DNA of 55,584 nt from Thermoplasmata archaeon (lineage in GTDB: Archaea > Thermoplasmatota > Thermoplasmata > Lutacidiplasmatales > UBA184): assembly GCA_030038605.1 (NCBI GenBank), contig JASHSU010000037.1:1-55584 (forward strand). Direction: 5' to 3'. The notes under the pieces are model-generated. The model searched no databases and had not been told where the DNA came from. It saw only the letters and a list, made by a program, of their open reading frames with translations. Both the position numbers and the translations under genes were made by a program. The stretch's first letter is position 1. Every line of letters starts with the position of its first letter. Positions 18,085 to 26,002 of the stretch are shown here, in pieces.

Positions 18085-18932
18085 CGGCGACCGACTCCGA
18101 CCGCGTAGTCGACGATCGCTCCCGCGACGTCCGCGCCGGTCGCTCCGGCCAGCGCCTTGAATTCCGGGGTCGGGTTGACTTCGTGAACGACCAGCCCCTC
18201 GGGCGACTCCATGAGGTCGACCGCCAGGACCCCGCCCCCGACCGCCGCCGCGGCGCGGAGCGCGAGGTCGCGGAGCTCGGGCGTCAGGGCGGCGGACTCG
18301 GTCGTAGCGCCTCGGGCCGCGTTGGTCCGCCAGTCGGACGAGTGCCGGTACATCGCGGCGACCGGCTGGTCGCCGACGACGAACACGCGCAGGTCACGGT
18401 CCGGCTTGCGCACGTACTCCTGTACGTAGATGACCGAGTGGATGGGCGACGTGAGCGCCGCCTTGTGCTCCAGGATCTGCTCGGCCTCCTCCCGGTCGTC
18501 GACCTTGGCCATCAGGCGGCCCCAGGAGCCGACCGCCGGCTTGAGGACGACCGGGTAGCCGATCGTCTCGATGGCCCGCATCGCCGCTTCCGGCGAGAGG
18601 GCGACCACCGTGCGGGGGGTGGGGATGCCCCGCTCCGCAAGACGGAGCGACGTGAGCACCTTGTCGCCGGCCAGCTCGGTGACCTCGGGGGTGTTGACCG
18701 TCGGGACGCCGTAGTGGGCGTAGCACCGCGTCGCGTAGAGCGAACGGGTGTGGCTCACCGACCGGTTGAGGACGACGTCGGGGAGGCCCTCGGGCTTGGT
18801 CAGCCCGAAGGTCGTTTCGCCGTCGTCGATCCGTTGGACGGCGACCCCGCGTGCCTCCGCGGCGGCGAGAATCGCCTTCTCTTCGGGTCGGACGATGGTG
18901 CAGAAGACCCCGAGCGTGAACCCGTCACTCAC
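18081..18932 (-). CDS. lysX: RimK-type ATP-grasp ligase, LysX/ArgX (attaches substrate to the LysW C-terminus)
   Basis: 283 aa with an ATP-grasp fold (GYPVVLKPAVGSWGR, VYVQEY) and a GTG start. It overlaps the lysW 3' end by 8 nt. Confidence 0.8.
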   Translation of the reverse strand: MSDGFTLGVFCTIVRPEEKAILAAAEARGVAVQRIDDGETTFGLTKPEGLPDVVLNRSVSHTRSLYATRCYAHYGVPTVNTPEVTELAGDKVLTSLRLAERGIPTPRTVVALSPEAAMRAIETIGYPVVLKPAVGSWGRLMAKVDDREEAEQILEHKAALTSPIHSVIYVQEYVRKPDRDLRVFVVGDQPVAAMYRHSSDWRTNAARGATTESAALTPELRDLALRAAAAVGGGVLAVDLMESPEGLVVHEVNPTPEFKALAGATGADVAGAIVDYAVGVGRR

Positions 18933-19086
18933 CCCAATCCTCGGCTTCCTTGGGCGCGGTCTGGACGGCGAACGGCTCGAGGGTCGTGACCTCGAGGTCC
19001 GTCCCGCAGTCGACGCAGGGGAAGATCTCGCCCGCGATCAGGTCGTGGTTCACTACGGCGGCTTCGCATTCGGGACACAGGGTCAT
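18925..19086 (-). CDS. lysW: Amino-group carrier protein LysW
   Basis: Not in the ORF track (53 aa). Hand translation gives MTLCPECEAAVVNHDLIAGEIFPCVDCGTDLEVTTLEPFAVQTAPKEAEDWGE. It has a CxxC...CxxC zinc ribbon and the hallmark C-terminal EDWGE. The ATG overlaps the argH stop (ATGA at 19083-19086). Confidence 0.9.
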   Translation of the reverse strand: MTLCPECEAAVVNHDLIAGEIFPCVDCGTDLEVTTLEPFAVQTAPKEAEDWGE

Positions 19087-20504
19087 TTTCGTTCCTCTTG
19101 GAGGATTTCCTCGACGAGCCCGACCTTCCGGTCGAGCGAGGACAGGGAGTGCCGGCGGCCTTCGAGGGCCGTCCGGGCTTGGGTAAGCTGCTGCTGCAAC
19201 GCGAGAGGCCCAGGACCGCCGGTCGTGGAGCGGCGACCCAGCGAATCGGACGCGGTCAACGACCGGCCGAAGGCAGGGTCCGCGCCCGGGATCTCGCCGA
19301 CCTGGGCGGGGTCGAGGCGGCCGCCCGCGGTGCGATAGTGGGCGGCGACCGCCTCGTGCGCTGGGCGGAACGCGACCCCCCGCGCGACCAGGTGCTCCGC
19401 GATATCGGTCGCGTAGAGCTCGGGGTCCTCCGACGCGGCCACGAGTCGGGCGTGGTCGAAGACCAGGCCCTGGACGAGCGTGGTTAGAGCGACCAGGCCG
19501 GCGCCGACGGTCGCGAGGGCGTCCTCGACCGGCGCCTTGTCCTCCTGGAGGTCGCGGTCGTAGGCGAGAGGCAGCCCCTTCAACGTGACCAGGAGGGCGA
19601 CCAGGTCGCCGACCACGCGGCCGGACTGGCCGCGGAGGAGTTCGGCGGCGTCGGGGTTCCGCTTCTGCGGCATGAGGCTCGAGCCGGCGCCGAGCGAAGA
19701 GCTCCGGTCCAGGAACCCGAATTCAGGAGAGGCGAACAGGACGACTTCCTCTGCGAATCCGCTCGCGTGGACCGCGAGCAGCGCGAGGTCGAACAACAGC
19801 TCGGCGAACGGGTCGCGGTCGCTGACCGCGTCGACGGAGTTGGCGAACGGCCGGTCGAACCCGAGCCGGGTCGCGACCGCGGCGGGGTCGGTCTTGAGCG
19901 TGGAGCCCGCGAGGGCGCCCGCGCCGAGCGGGGAGACGTTGGCTCGCTCGACCGTGGCGAAGAGGCGGTCCAAATCCCGGTCGAAGCGCCAGAAGTGGGC
20001 GAGGAGGTGATGGCCCACGGTGACCGGCTGGGCCCGCTGCAAGTGGGTGTAGCCCGGCATCGGGGTGGCGATCTCGGCGCTCGCTTGGTGGAGCAGCGCC
20101 TCCTGAACGGCCAGGAGCCGGTGCGCCACCTGAGCGAGGGCCGCGCGCAGGAACAGGCGCTCGTCCAACGCGACCTGGTCGTTCCGGCTCCGAGCCGTGT
20201 GGAGCTTGCCCGCAGCCGGTCCGACCAGTTCCCCCAAGCGGACCTCCACATTCGTGTGGACATCCTCGAGCTCGTCCCGCCAGGGGAAGTGACCCGTCCG
20301 GATCTCCGCGGCAATGAGGCGGAGACCGCTGACGATCACCGAGGTCTCCTGCGGCGACAGCCATCCGGACGCTCGGAGCATCTCGGCGTGAGCGATACTG
20401 CCGGCCACGTCGTACGGGGCCAGGGCTCGGTCGACGGCGAGCGAGTTGAGGAATGTACCGAACGGAGTTCGGACGTAGACGGGGGTCGAAGAAGAATCGG
20501 TCAT
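19083..20504 (-). CDS. argH: Argininosuccinate lyase
   Basis: 473 aa with the fumarate-lyase superfamily signature GSSLMPQKRNPD and typical ArgH N-terminal motifs. Confidence 0.9.
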   Translation of the reverse strand: MTDSSSTPVYVRTPFGTFLNSLAVDRALAPYDVAGSIAHAEMLRASGWLSPQETSVIVSGLRLIAAEIRTGHFPWRDELEDVHTNVEVRLGELVGPAAGKLHTARSRNDQVALDERLFLRAALAQVAHRLLAVQEALLHQASAEIATPMPGYTHLQRAQPVTVGHHLLAHFWRFDRDLDRLFATVERANVSPLGAGALAGSTLKTDPAAVATRLGFDRPFANSVDAVSDRDPFAELLFDLALLAVHASGFAEEVVLFASPEFGFLDRSSSLGAGSSLMPQKRNPDAAELLRGQSGRVVGDLVALLVTLKGLPLAYDRDLQEDKAPVEDALATVGAGLVALTTLVQGLVFDHARLVAASEDPELYATDIAEHLVARGVAFRPAHEAVAAHYRTAGGRLDPAQVGEIPGADPAFGRSLTASDSLGRRSTTGGPGPLALQQQLTQARTALEGRRHSLSSLDRKVGLVEEILQEERK

Positions 20505-20522
20505 GATGCGCCCCTCGAGGGG

Positions 20523-21758
20523 TCAGGGGGCCGGTGGGGCGACCTTGGCGGGCGGAGCCGCTCCCGTGGCTCCCAAGGCGGACCAGGTACGGGCCGGGAG
20601 TCCCCAGACGTAGATGAACCCCTCCGACATTTCCTGACGGAACGCGTCGCCGGTCGAGTACGTCGCGAGCGCGTGTTGGTAGAGGGCGAACGGAGAGCGC
20701 CGACCGGTCACGGTCGCGGACCCCTTGAACAGTTTGACGGCGACCTCGCCCGAGACCCGTTCCTGCGTCGGCTCGATGAACCCGTCCAGAGCGCTCCGGA
20801 GCGGGGCGAACCAGAGGCCGTCGTAGATCAGCTGGGCGTACCGCTGCTCCACGACCCGCTTGAAATCCAGGACGTCCCGCGGGAGGACCAGGGCTTCCAG
20901 GGCCTGGTGGGCCCGGATGAGGAGGGTCGCGGCGGGGCACTCGTACACTTCGCGGGACTTGATCCCCACCACCCGTGACTCCAGGTGGTCGATGCGGCCG
21001 ACCCCGTGGGCTCCCGCGAGCCGATTCAGATGGGCGACCATCTCGTGGAAGGCCATCGGAGTGCCGTCCGCCGACACCGGCAGCCCGTGCTCGAACGTCA
21101 GTCGAACGTAGACCGGGGTATCCGGGGCGGCCGCGGGGGAGACCGTCCACCCGTAGGCTTCCTCGGGCGGCTCGATGGCGGGGTCCTCCAGGATCCCGCA
21201 CTCGACTGACCGGCCCCAGAGGTTCTCGTCGGTACTGTAGGGGGACTTCTTGGTTGCGTCCACCGGAATGCCGCGGTCGTGGGCGTAGGCGATCTCGTCC
21301 TCGCGCGTCATCTTCCACTCGCGGACGGGCGCCACGACCTGCAACTCTGGGGCGAGGCTGGCGGTGGCCAGTTCGAACCGGACCTGGTCGTTCCCCTTGC
21401 CCGTGCAGCCGTGAGCGATGTGGGAGGCCCCTTCGTTGCGGGCGACCGTGACGAGGTGCCGCCCGATGAGCGGCCGAGCTAGGGCCGTGCTGAGCGGGTA
21501 CACCCCCTCGTAGAGGGCGTTTGCCTTGAGCGCGGGCGCCAGGAACTCCTCGGCGAACTCACGGCGGGCGTCGGCGACATACGCGCCCACGGCGCCGGAG
21601 GCGAGTGCCTTGGTCCGGACCCGGCCGAGGTCGACGGGCTGGCCCACATCGACCGTGACCGCGACCACGTCGAACCCCTTCGACTCCTTGAGCCAGGGGA
21701 TGGCGACCGACGTGTCGAGCCCCCCCGAGTACGCGAGAACGACCTTCGGGGTGACCAT
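20523..21758 (-). CDS. argG: Argininosuccinate synthase
   Basis: Motifs VVLAYSGGLDTS and GCTGKGNDQVRFE. The track start (GTG 21782) adds 8 unconserved residues, so ATG at 21758 (MVTPKVVLAYSGG) is preferred. Confidence 0.9.
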   Translation of the reverse strand: MVTPKVVLAYSGGLDTSVAIPWLKESKGFDVVAVTVDVGQPVDLGRVRTKALASGAVGAYVADARREFAEEFLAPALKANALYEGVYPLSTALARPLIGRHLVTVARNEGASHIAHGCTGKGNDQVRFELATASLAPELQVVAPVREWKMTREDEIAYAHDRGIPVDATKKSPYSTDENLWGRSVECGILEDPAIEPPEEAYGWTVSPAAAPDTPVYVRLTFEHGLPVSADGTPMAFHEMVAHLNRLAGAHGVGRIDHLESRVVGIKSREVYECPAATLLIRAHQALEALVLPRDVLDFKRVVEQRYAQLIYDGLWFAPLRSALDGFIEPTQERVSGEVAVKLFKGSATVTGRRSPFALYQHALATYSTGDAFRQEMSEGFIYVWGLPARTWSALGATGAAPPAKVAPPAP

Positions 21759-21855
21759 CGGCTGCCTAGTGAGGTTCCTCACGCGGCCCGACGGATTTAT
21801 ACCTCGTGACCGCCTGTCGACACAATTGGGCAGTAGTGTCCAATTTTAGACAACC

Positions 21856-22506
21856 ATGCCCGAGTCGAAATCTTCCATCGCCCGGCGGGTTCGGGAATAC
21901 CTGGACGGTCGTCCCGTGCTCGCGGACGCGCTCCGCCTGGGCATCGCCAACCACTCGGCCGTGGCCCGGCGGGTCGCGGCCGACCTGGAGGTCCGCCAGA
22001 TGGAGGCGGTGATCGCCGCCTGCCGGCGCTACCCGCGGGGGCGCGGCGACTCCGCGCGGACCGCCGGCATCCAGCGTGTGCTGCGGAAGAGCCGGATCGA
22101 GACCCGGACCAAGGTCGCGACCGTCACCGTGAGCGAGGGCATCGACATCCTGCAGCGTCTGGGCGACGTCGTCGAGGAGCTGCTGGACGAAAATTCCCTC
22201 TGCCGCCTCATCCAGGTGTCGCGCGGTACGGTCATCATCGTGGACGAGGACTCCGTCCCGCGCGTGACGCGGGCGCTCCGCGAGGGTCAGGTGATTCGCG
22301 TCCGCCGCAATCTGGTTGAGGTGGCGGTCGCCAGCCCCGAGAGCATCGAAGAGACGCCGGGCCTGCTCACCCTGCTGACCGGGGTGCTTTCCGGCCAGTC
22401 GATCAACATCGTCGAGGCGCTGAGCTGCTACACGGACACGATCTTCCTGCTCGAGCAGGGAGACTTGAACTCGGCGATTTCGGTCCTAACGCGCGCGCTG
22501 CAGTGA
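21856..22506 (+). CDS. Putative HTH + ACT-domain (amino-acid-binding) regulatory protein
   Basis: 216 aa. The N-terminus (IARRVREYLDGRPVLADALRLGIANHSAVARRVAADL) looks like an HTH. The C-terminus (PGLLTLLTGVLSGQSINIVEALSCYTDTIFLL) looks like an ACT fold. It is divergent from argG. Confidence 0.55.
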   Translation: MPESKSSIARRVREYLDGRPVLADALRLGIANHSAVARRVAADLEVRQMEAVIAACRRYPRGRGDSARTAGIQRVLRKSRIETRTKVATVTVSEGIDILQRLGDVVEELLDENSLCRLIQVSRGTVIIVDEDSVPRVTRALREGQVIRVRRNLVEVAVASPESIEETPGLLTLLTGVLSGQSINIVEALSCYTDTIFLLEQGDLNSAISVLTRALQ

Positions 22507-22522
22507 ACCGGAGCCCACCCGA

Positions 22523-23671
22523 CTAACCCGCGCCGCCGGCCGGTGTGGTCGTCGAGGGCGGCTCGGGACCGAAGCCGACCTCCTCGTAGCGCTTGACCTT
22601 GTAGATCAGCCACGCGAGTAGGAAGCAGCCGATGAAGAGGGCGACGATCCCGATACCGACCCAGCCCCAGATCTCGATCCCGAACGGCCCCTCGGCTCCG
22701 TTGAGCCAATTCATCGCATCCCAGAACCCGAACGGTCCACCTGACAGGTTGAACTCGCTCGCGACGACCCCGAGGATCTCGATCGTGCCGATGATGAAGG
22801 CCACCAGCACCGAGATGATGGTCATCGTGAGATTGTAGTAGACCTTCCGAATCGGCTTGAGGAACGCCCAGCCGTAGGCGAACCGCATGCTGATACCATC
22901 GCTCGTGTCGGTCAGGACCATACCGCAGGTGAACATGAACGGCAGGAGCAGGATGAGGTACAGCGGGAACGAGACGAAGGCCGAGCCGACCCCCACCGTG
23001 ATGGCGATCAGCGTGACCTCGGTCGCTGTGTCGAACCCCAGGCCGAACAGGACGCCCACGGGGTAGATCTGCCAGGGTTCGTTCACGAACTTGAACAAGA
23101 ACCCGAAGTAGCGGTTCATGAACCCGCGGTTGTTGAGGGTCTCCTCGAGCTTCTTCTGGTCGAGGGACCCGGCCCGCAGCTGCTTGAAGATCCGATACAC
23201 CTCGAAGAAAATGAGCAGGTTGACCAGAGCGATGATGTAGAGAAATCCGCCGGAAATCGCTGTCCCGATGATGTTCCCGTCGGCCTCGAACGTGGGGACG
23301 TTGGCGACGATCCAGCGGGCCGCCAGGACCAGCGCCACCAACATCGCCATGACGATCGTCGAGTGGCCCAACGAGAACCAGGTCCCGACGGTGTAGGGCC
23401 GCTTGTCCTGCTGGAGCAGTTTGCGGGTCGTGTTGTCGATGGCGCAGATGTGGTCGGCATCGACTCCGTGACGAAGACCGAGGGTGTACGCTAGGATGCC
23501 GAGGCCGAAAAACCCGCCGGCGACCGCAAAGCCGTAGTGCGCGCCGACCCAGAAGAGCGCCGCAAAGCCGAAGACCGTGGCGGCAATGATCGCCACGTAG
23601 ATCCCCACGACGCCGAATTTCTCACGGCGGGTGAACAGCATCGGATTGGAGATCGCACCGGCGGTCGCCAT
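22523..23671 (-). CDS. NiCoT (HoxN/HupN/NixA) nickel/cobalt permease
   Basis: 382 aa and polytopic. It carries the family signature RHGVDADHICAIDNTTRK (H-x4-D-H) in TM2, plus LGFDTATEV. Confidence 0.85.
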   Translation of the reverse strand: MATAGAISNPMLFTRREKFGVVGIYVAIIAATVFGFAALFWVGAHYGFAVAGGFFGLGILAYTLGLRHGVDADHICAIDNTTRKLLQQDKRPYTVGTWFSLGHSTIVMAMLVALVLAARWIVANVPTFEADGNIIGTAISGGFLYIIALVNLLIFFEVYRIFKQLRAGSLDQKKLEETLNNRGFMNRYFGFLFKFVNEPWQIYPVGVLFGLGFDTATEVTLIAITVGVGSAFVSFPLYLILLLPFMFTCGMVLTDTSDGISMRFAYGWAFLKPIRKVYYNLTMTIISVLVAFIIGTIEILGVVASEFNLSGGPFGFWDAMNWLNGAEGPFGIEIWGWVGIGIVALFIGCFLLAWLIYKVKRYEEVGFGPEPPSTTTPAGGAG

Positions 23672-23694
23672 CTGCGACCGCCCACCAGCGCGGC

Positions 23695-23703
23695 CTATTT
23701 AAC
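23695..23703 (-). promoter_or_regulatory. TATA-like box (GTTAAATAG on minus strand) for the NiCoT gene
   Basis: Lies 24-32 nt upstream of ATG 23671, within the only strongly A/T-rich stretch of the intergenic region. Confidence 0.45.
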
Positions 23704-23771
23704 TCGTATGTCGCTTTGAAAAATCGTAACACGCAAATTCTCCCGAGCGAGAGGCATGGAAGGCCGGTCAA

Positions 23772-23781
23772 GATTATCATT
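23772..23781 (+). promoter_or_regulatory. TATA-like element GATTATCATT upstream of nikR
   Basis: Lies 30-39 nt upstream of ATG 23811. Confidence 0.35.
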
Positions 23782-23810
23782 CTCGCAGGGCGTACGGTCG
23801 AGCGTCAACC

Positions 23811-24293
23811 ATGGGCTCTCCAAGAGGCCGGGGTCGCCATGCCGCCCGCGAGCGGGTGGTCCGGCTCGGAGTTTCGCTCGAACCCAGCTTGGTGGGTCTG
23901 TTGGACCGGTGGGTCGCCGAGCGGAACAGTCCCAGTCGTTCGGACGGGGTCCGGGCCCTGATCCGCAAGGAACTCGCGGACCGGACCCTGGCCGACCCGG
24001 AATCCGACGCCCTGGGCGTGGTGACGCTCCTCTATCGGCACGATGCACCGAATGTCATGCGGCGTCTCACCGCCGCCGAGCATCGATGGGGGGACCACGT
24101 ACGGTCCAGCAGCCACGTCCATCTAGAGGGGGATGCCTGCGCGGAAGTCATCGTCCTGCTCGGTCGACGACGCGAGGTCGCCCAGGCGGCGGCGGATCTC
24201 GGAGGTGTCCGGGGGATCTTGGAGGCGGAATCGGTGCTGCTGACCCCGAGCCTGGCCGGTGGGCGAACCGGACATCGACATCCTCACACCTGA
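23811..24293 (+). CDS. nikR: Nickel-responsive regulator NikR (ribbon-helix-helix + ACT-like metal-binding domain)
   Basis: RHH N-terminus (VVRLGVSLEPSLVGLLDRWVAERNSPSRSDGVRALI). The C-domain has His/Cys ligand candidates (HRWGDHVRSSSHVHLEGDAC). It is divergent from a NiCoT permease, which is the classic pairing. Confidence 0.8.
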   Translation: MGSPRGRGRHAARERVVRLGVSLEPSLVGLLDRWVAERNSPSRSDGVRALIRKELADRTLADPESDALGVVTLLYRHDAPNVMRRLTAAEHRWGDHVRSSSHVHLEGDACAEVIVLLGRRREVAQAAADLGGVRGILEAESVLLTPSLAGGRTGHRHPHT

Positions 24294-24357
24294 CTCGGGT
24301 CCCTGCGAGATTTTGAGCGCCCGTTGAGCTCATCCGAGGAAGCCCCTTGGCGACCAT

Positions 24358-25191
24358 GTGCCTTCACGCCGCGGGAATTCTTCGACGGTGGCGACGTTGG
24401 GGGCCAGGCACTCCCGGGTCCACATTGCTCCCGTCGGATTCGAGGTCGAGCGCGTCGTCGAACCGCTCGCATCCGACCGCGCGGATCGTGTGTACTTGCT
24501 GACGCGTAGCGAGCACGATGCGGCAGCGCCGTACGTGGAGGAAGTCGTTCGCCGGCTAGCCCGTGCCGCCTGGCCGGTGGACGTTCGCATTGTCCGCACG
24601 GAGCTGTGGGATGTCTTCGGTGCCCTGGCCTCGTACCGGACGATCTTCGAGGCCGAGGGCCGTTCGGACCGCACGGCGCGGGATGTCGTGCCCATCCGGG
24701 TGAACGTCTCCACGGGCACGAAGATCACCGCGATCGCGGGCACGCTCGCCTGCATGCTCTGGAACGGCGCGCCGTACTACGCCCAGGTCTCGCGGGCCTG
24801 GTACTCCGGACGCGTCCCACGGGTCGGCCGCGTCACCGATGTGGTCGAACGGGTCGACCCGGTCGGCGTCTACGAGCTCCGTTCGCCGGCGCGTGAGCTC
24901 GTGGAGGTCTTGGAGGCCCTCGACCGACGGGGAGGGTCCCTGCGGAAGCGCGACCTTCTTCGGGAACTCGGTCTCGACCGCCCCGGTCCGGACGGAGGGC
25001 GGGTCCCGTCCGCCCAGTCTCAGCACGGACGGCTCCGCCGACGGCTGGAACCGCTCGAGCGTCGGTGGGGATTCGTTCGGTCGGAGTCGGCGGGTCCGAG
25101 GGCCCGAGTCCAGTTGACCGAGCAGGGCCGCCTCGCCCTGGCCCTCTTCGCCCAGGAGCGAGCGGCGAATGCACGGAATACGCGCAGTTAA
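24358..25191 (+). CDS. CARF/Csa3-like Rossmann domain + C-terminal winged-helix regulator (HFX_2341/DUF6293-like)
   Basis: 277 aa. The N-domain begins VHIAPVGFEVERVVEPL..DRVYLL and contains VNVSTGTKITAIAG, which matches the Csa3/CARF pattern of a beta-strand followed by (S/T)GG(T)K. The C-terminus (LVEVLEALDRRGGSLRKRDLLRELG) is wHTH-like. The true start may be GTG 24388 or TTG 24397. Confidence 0.5.
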   Translation: MPSRRGNSSTVATLGARHSRVHIAPVGFEVERVVEPLASDRADRVYLLTRSEHDAAAPYVEEVVRRLARAAWPVDVRIVRTELWDVFGALASYRTIFEAEGRSDRTARDVVPIRVNVSTGTKITAIAGTLACMLWNGAPYYAQVSRAWYSGRVPRVGRVTDVVERVDPVGVYELRSPARELVEVLEALDRRGGSLRKRDLLRELGLDRPGPDGGRVPSAQSQHGRLRRRLEPLERRWGFVRSESAGPRARVQLTEQGRLALALFAQERAANARNTRS

Positions 25192-25519
25192 CGGACTTAA
25201 CGTTACAATGTCTAAGTAGGCCTCTGCCCCTCGTCTGTTCGTGGACGCACAGGCCGGACGGGTCGAGACCGGTGGTTGGATCGGGTCTCGCCCGGAGTCG
25301 GGTTACGGAGTGCCGCAGACGGCCCTCGGGCCGTGGCCGACCGAACCGACCCACCGCCCCCGACCCCAGTCCCTCCGGGGCGGGGAGGGTCCGTCCCGTC
25401 CGCCTCGGGGCCCTCGGGGGCCCGCGCCCGGACCGGGCCTGCCTCCGACGGGCGCCGACCGTTTTCGCGCCCCCCTGGGAGGGCGCTTCCCATAAGTCGG
25501 CCTTTCCGTTGCGCGCCGC

Positions 25520-26002
25520 GTGGCGGCCCACCGCTTCGGAGCGATCCTGCGCCTGGTCGGCGAGGCCGCCCGCGTCGAGGTCGAGTTTGGGACCCAGTCG
25601 CTCGAGACTCTCGCTCGGATCGCGGACGCGGTCGCCTCCTCCGTCTACGTCCCGGACTCGCTGACCCGGACGCCCACCGGGCTCGCCCTGCGCCTGGCGA
25701 ATCCTCCCCTCCGGGTCGGTGCGTTCGCCGCCCTACGTCTGTTCGTCGATGGACACCCCGTGCCGGCCGAGGACGTCCGGTTCCGGACGGCCACGTCGTC
25801 GACATGGCGGACCGCCGCGAGCGTGCGGACCGAATCTCCCCTTGACCTGCAGGCGGGCGATGCGATCGATCTCGCGGCGGACCTACCGGACGTTCCTCGG
25901 GTCGGCCCGGTCACGATCCGCCTGGAGTTGCAGAGCGTGGCGATCCCGCCCCTCGTCTGGTTCGAGGTGCGGGACCGGCTCCGCGACGGAGGGGCACCGT
26001 GA
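25520..26002 (+). CDS. Hypothetical small beta-rich protein, translationally coupled to the downstream glycosidase
   Basis: 160 aa with a GTG start and good GC3 coding character. Its stop overlaps the start of the next gene (GTGA at 25999-26002). No recognised motif. Confidence 0.55.
   Translation: MAAHRFGAILRLVGEAARVEVEFGTQSLETLARIADAVASSVYVPDSLTRTPTGLALRLANPPLRVGAFAALRLFVDGHPVPAEDVRFRTATSSTWRTAASVRTESPLDLQAGDAIDLAADLPDVPRVGPVTIRLELQSVAIPPLVWFEVRDRLRDGGAP

Noticed and set aside
19723-21318. 531-aa minus-strand ORF spanning the argH/argG junction
   Set aside because: It is out of frame with both argH and argG, which carry canonical signatures. Its translation is Arg/Pro/Gly-rich junk.
25192-25519. 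Tested whether the structured gap is RNase P RNA or SRP (7S) RNA
   Set aside because: On the minus strand, GGAAAGGCCGAC and GGCCUACUUAG loosely resemble the P4 strands of RNase P. However, the other universally conserved blocks (GGGUGAAA, ACAGAAA, GGUAAC in the right order) are absent or misplaced. On either strand, the SRP helix-8 core (CAGG.CC.GAAGG.AGCA) is absent. It is kept only as an unclassified candidate RNA.
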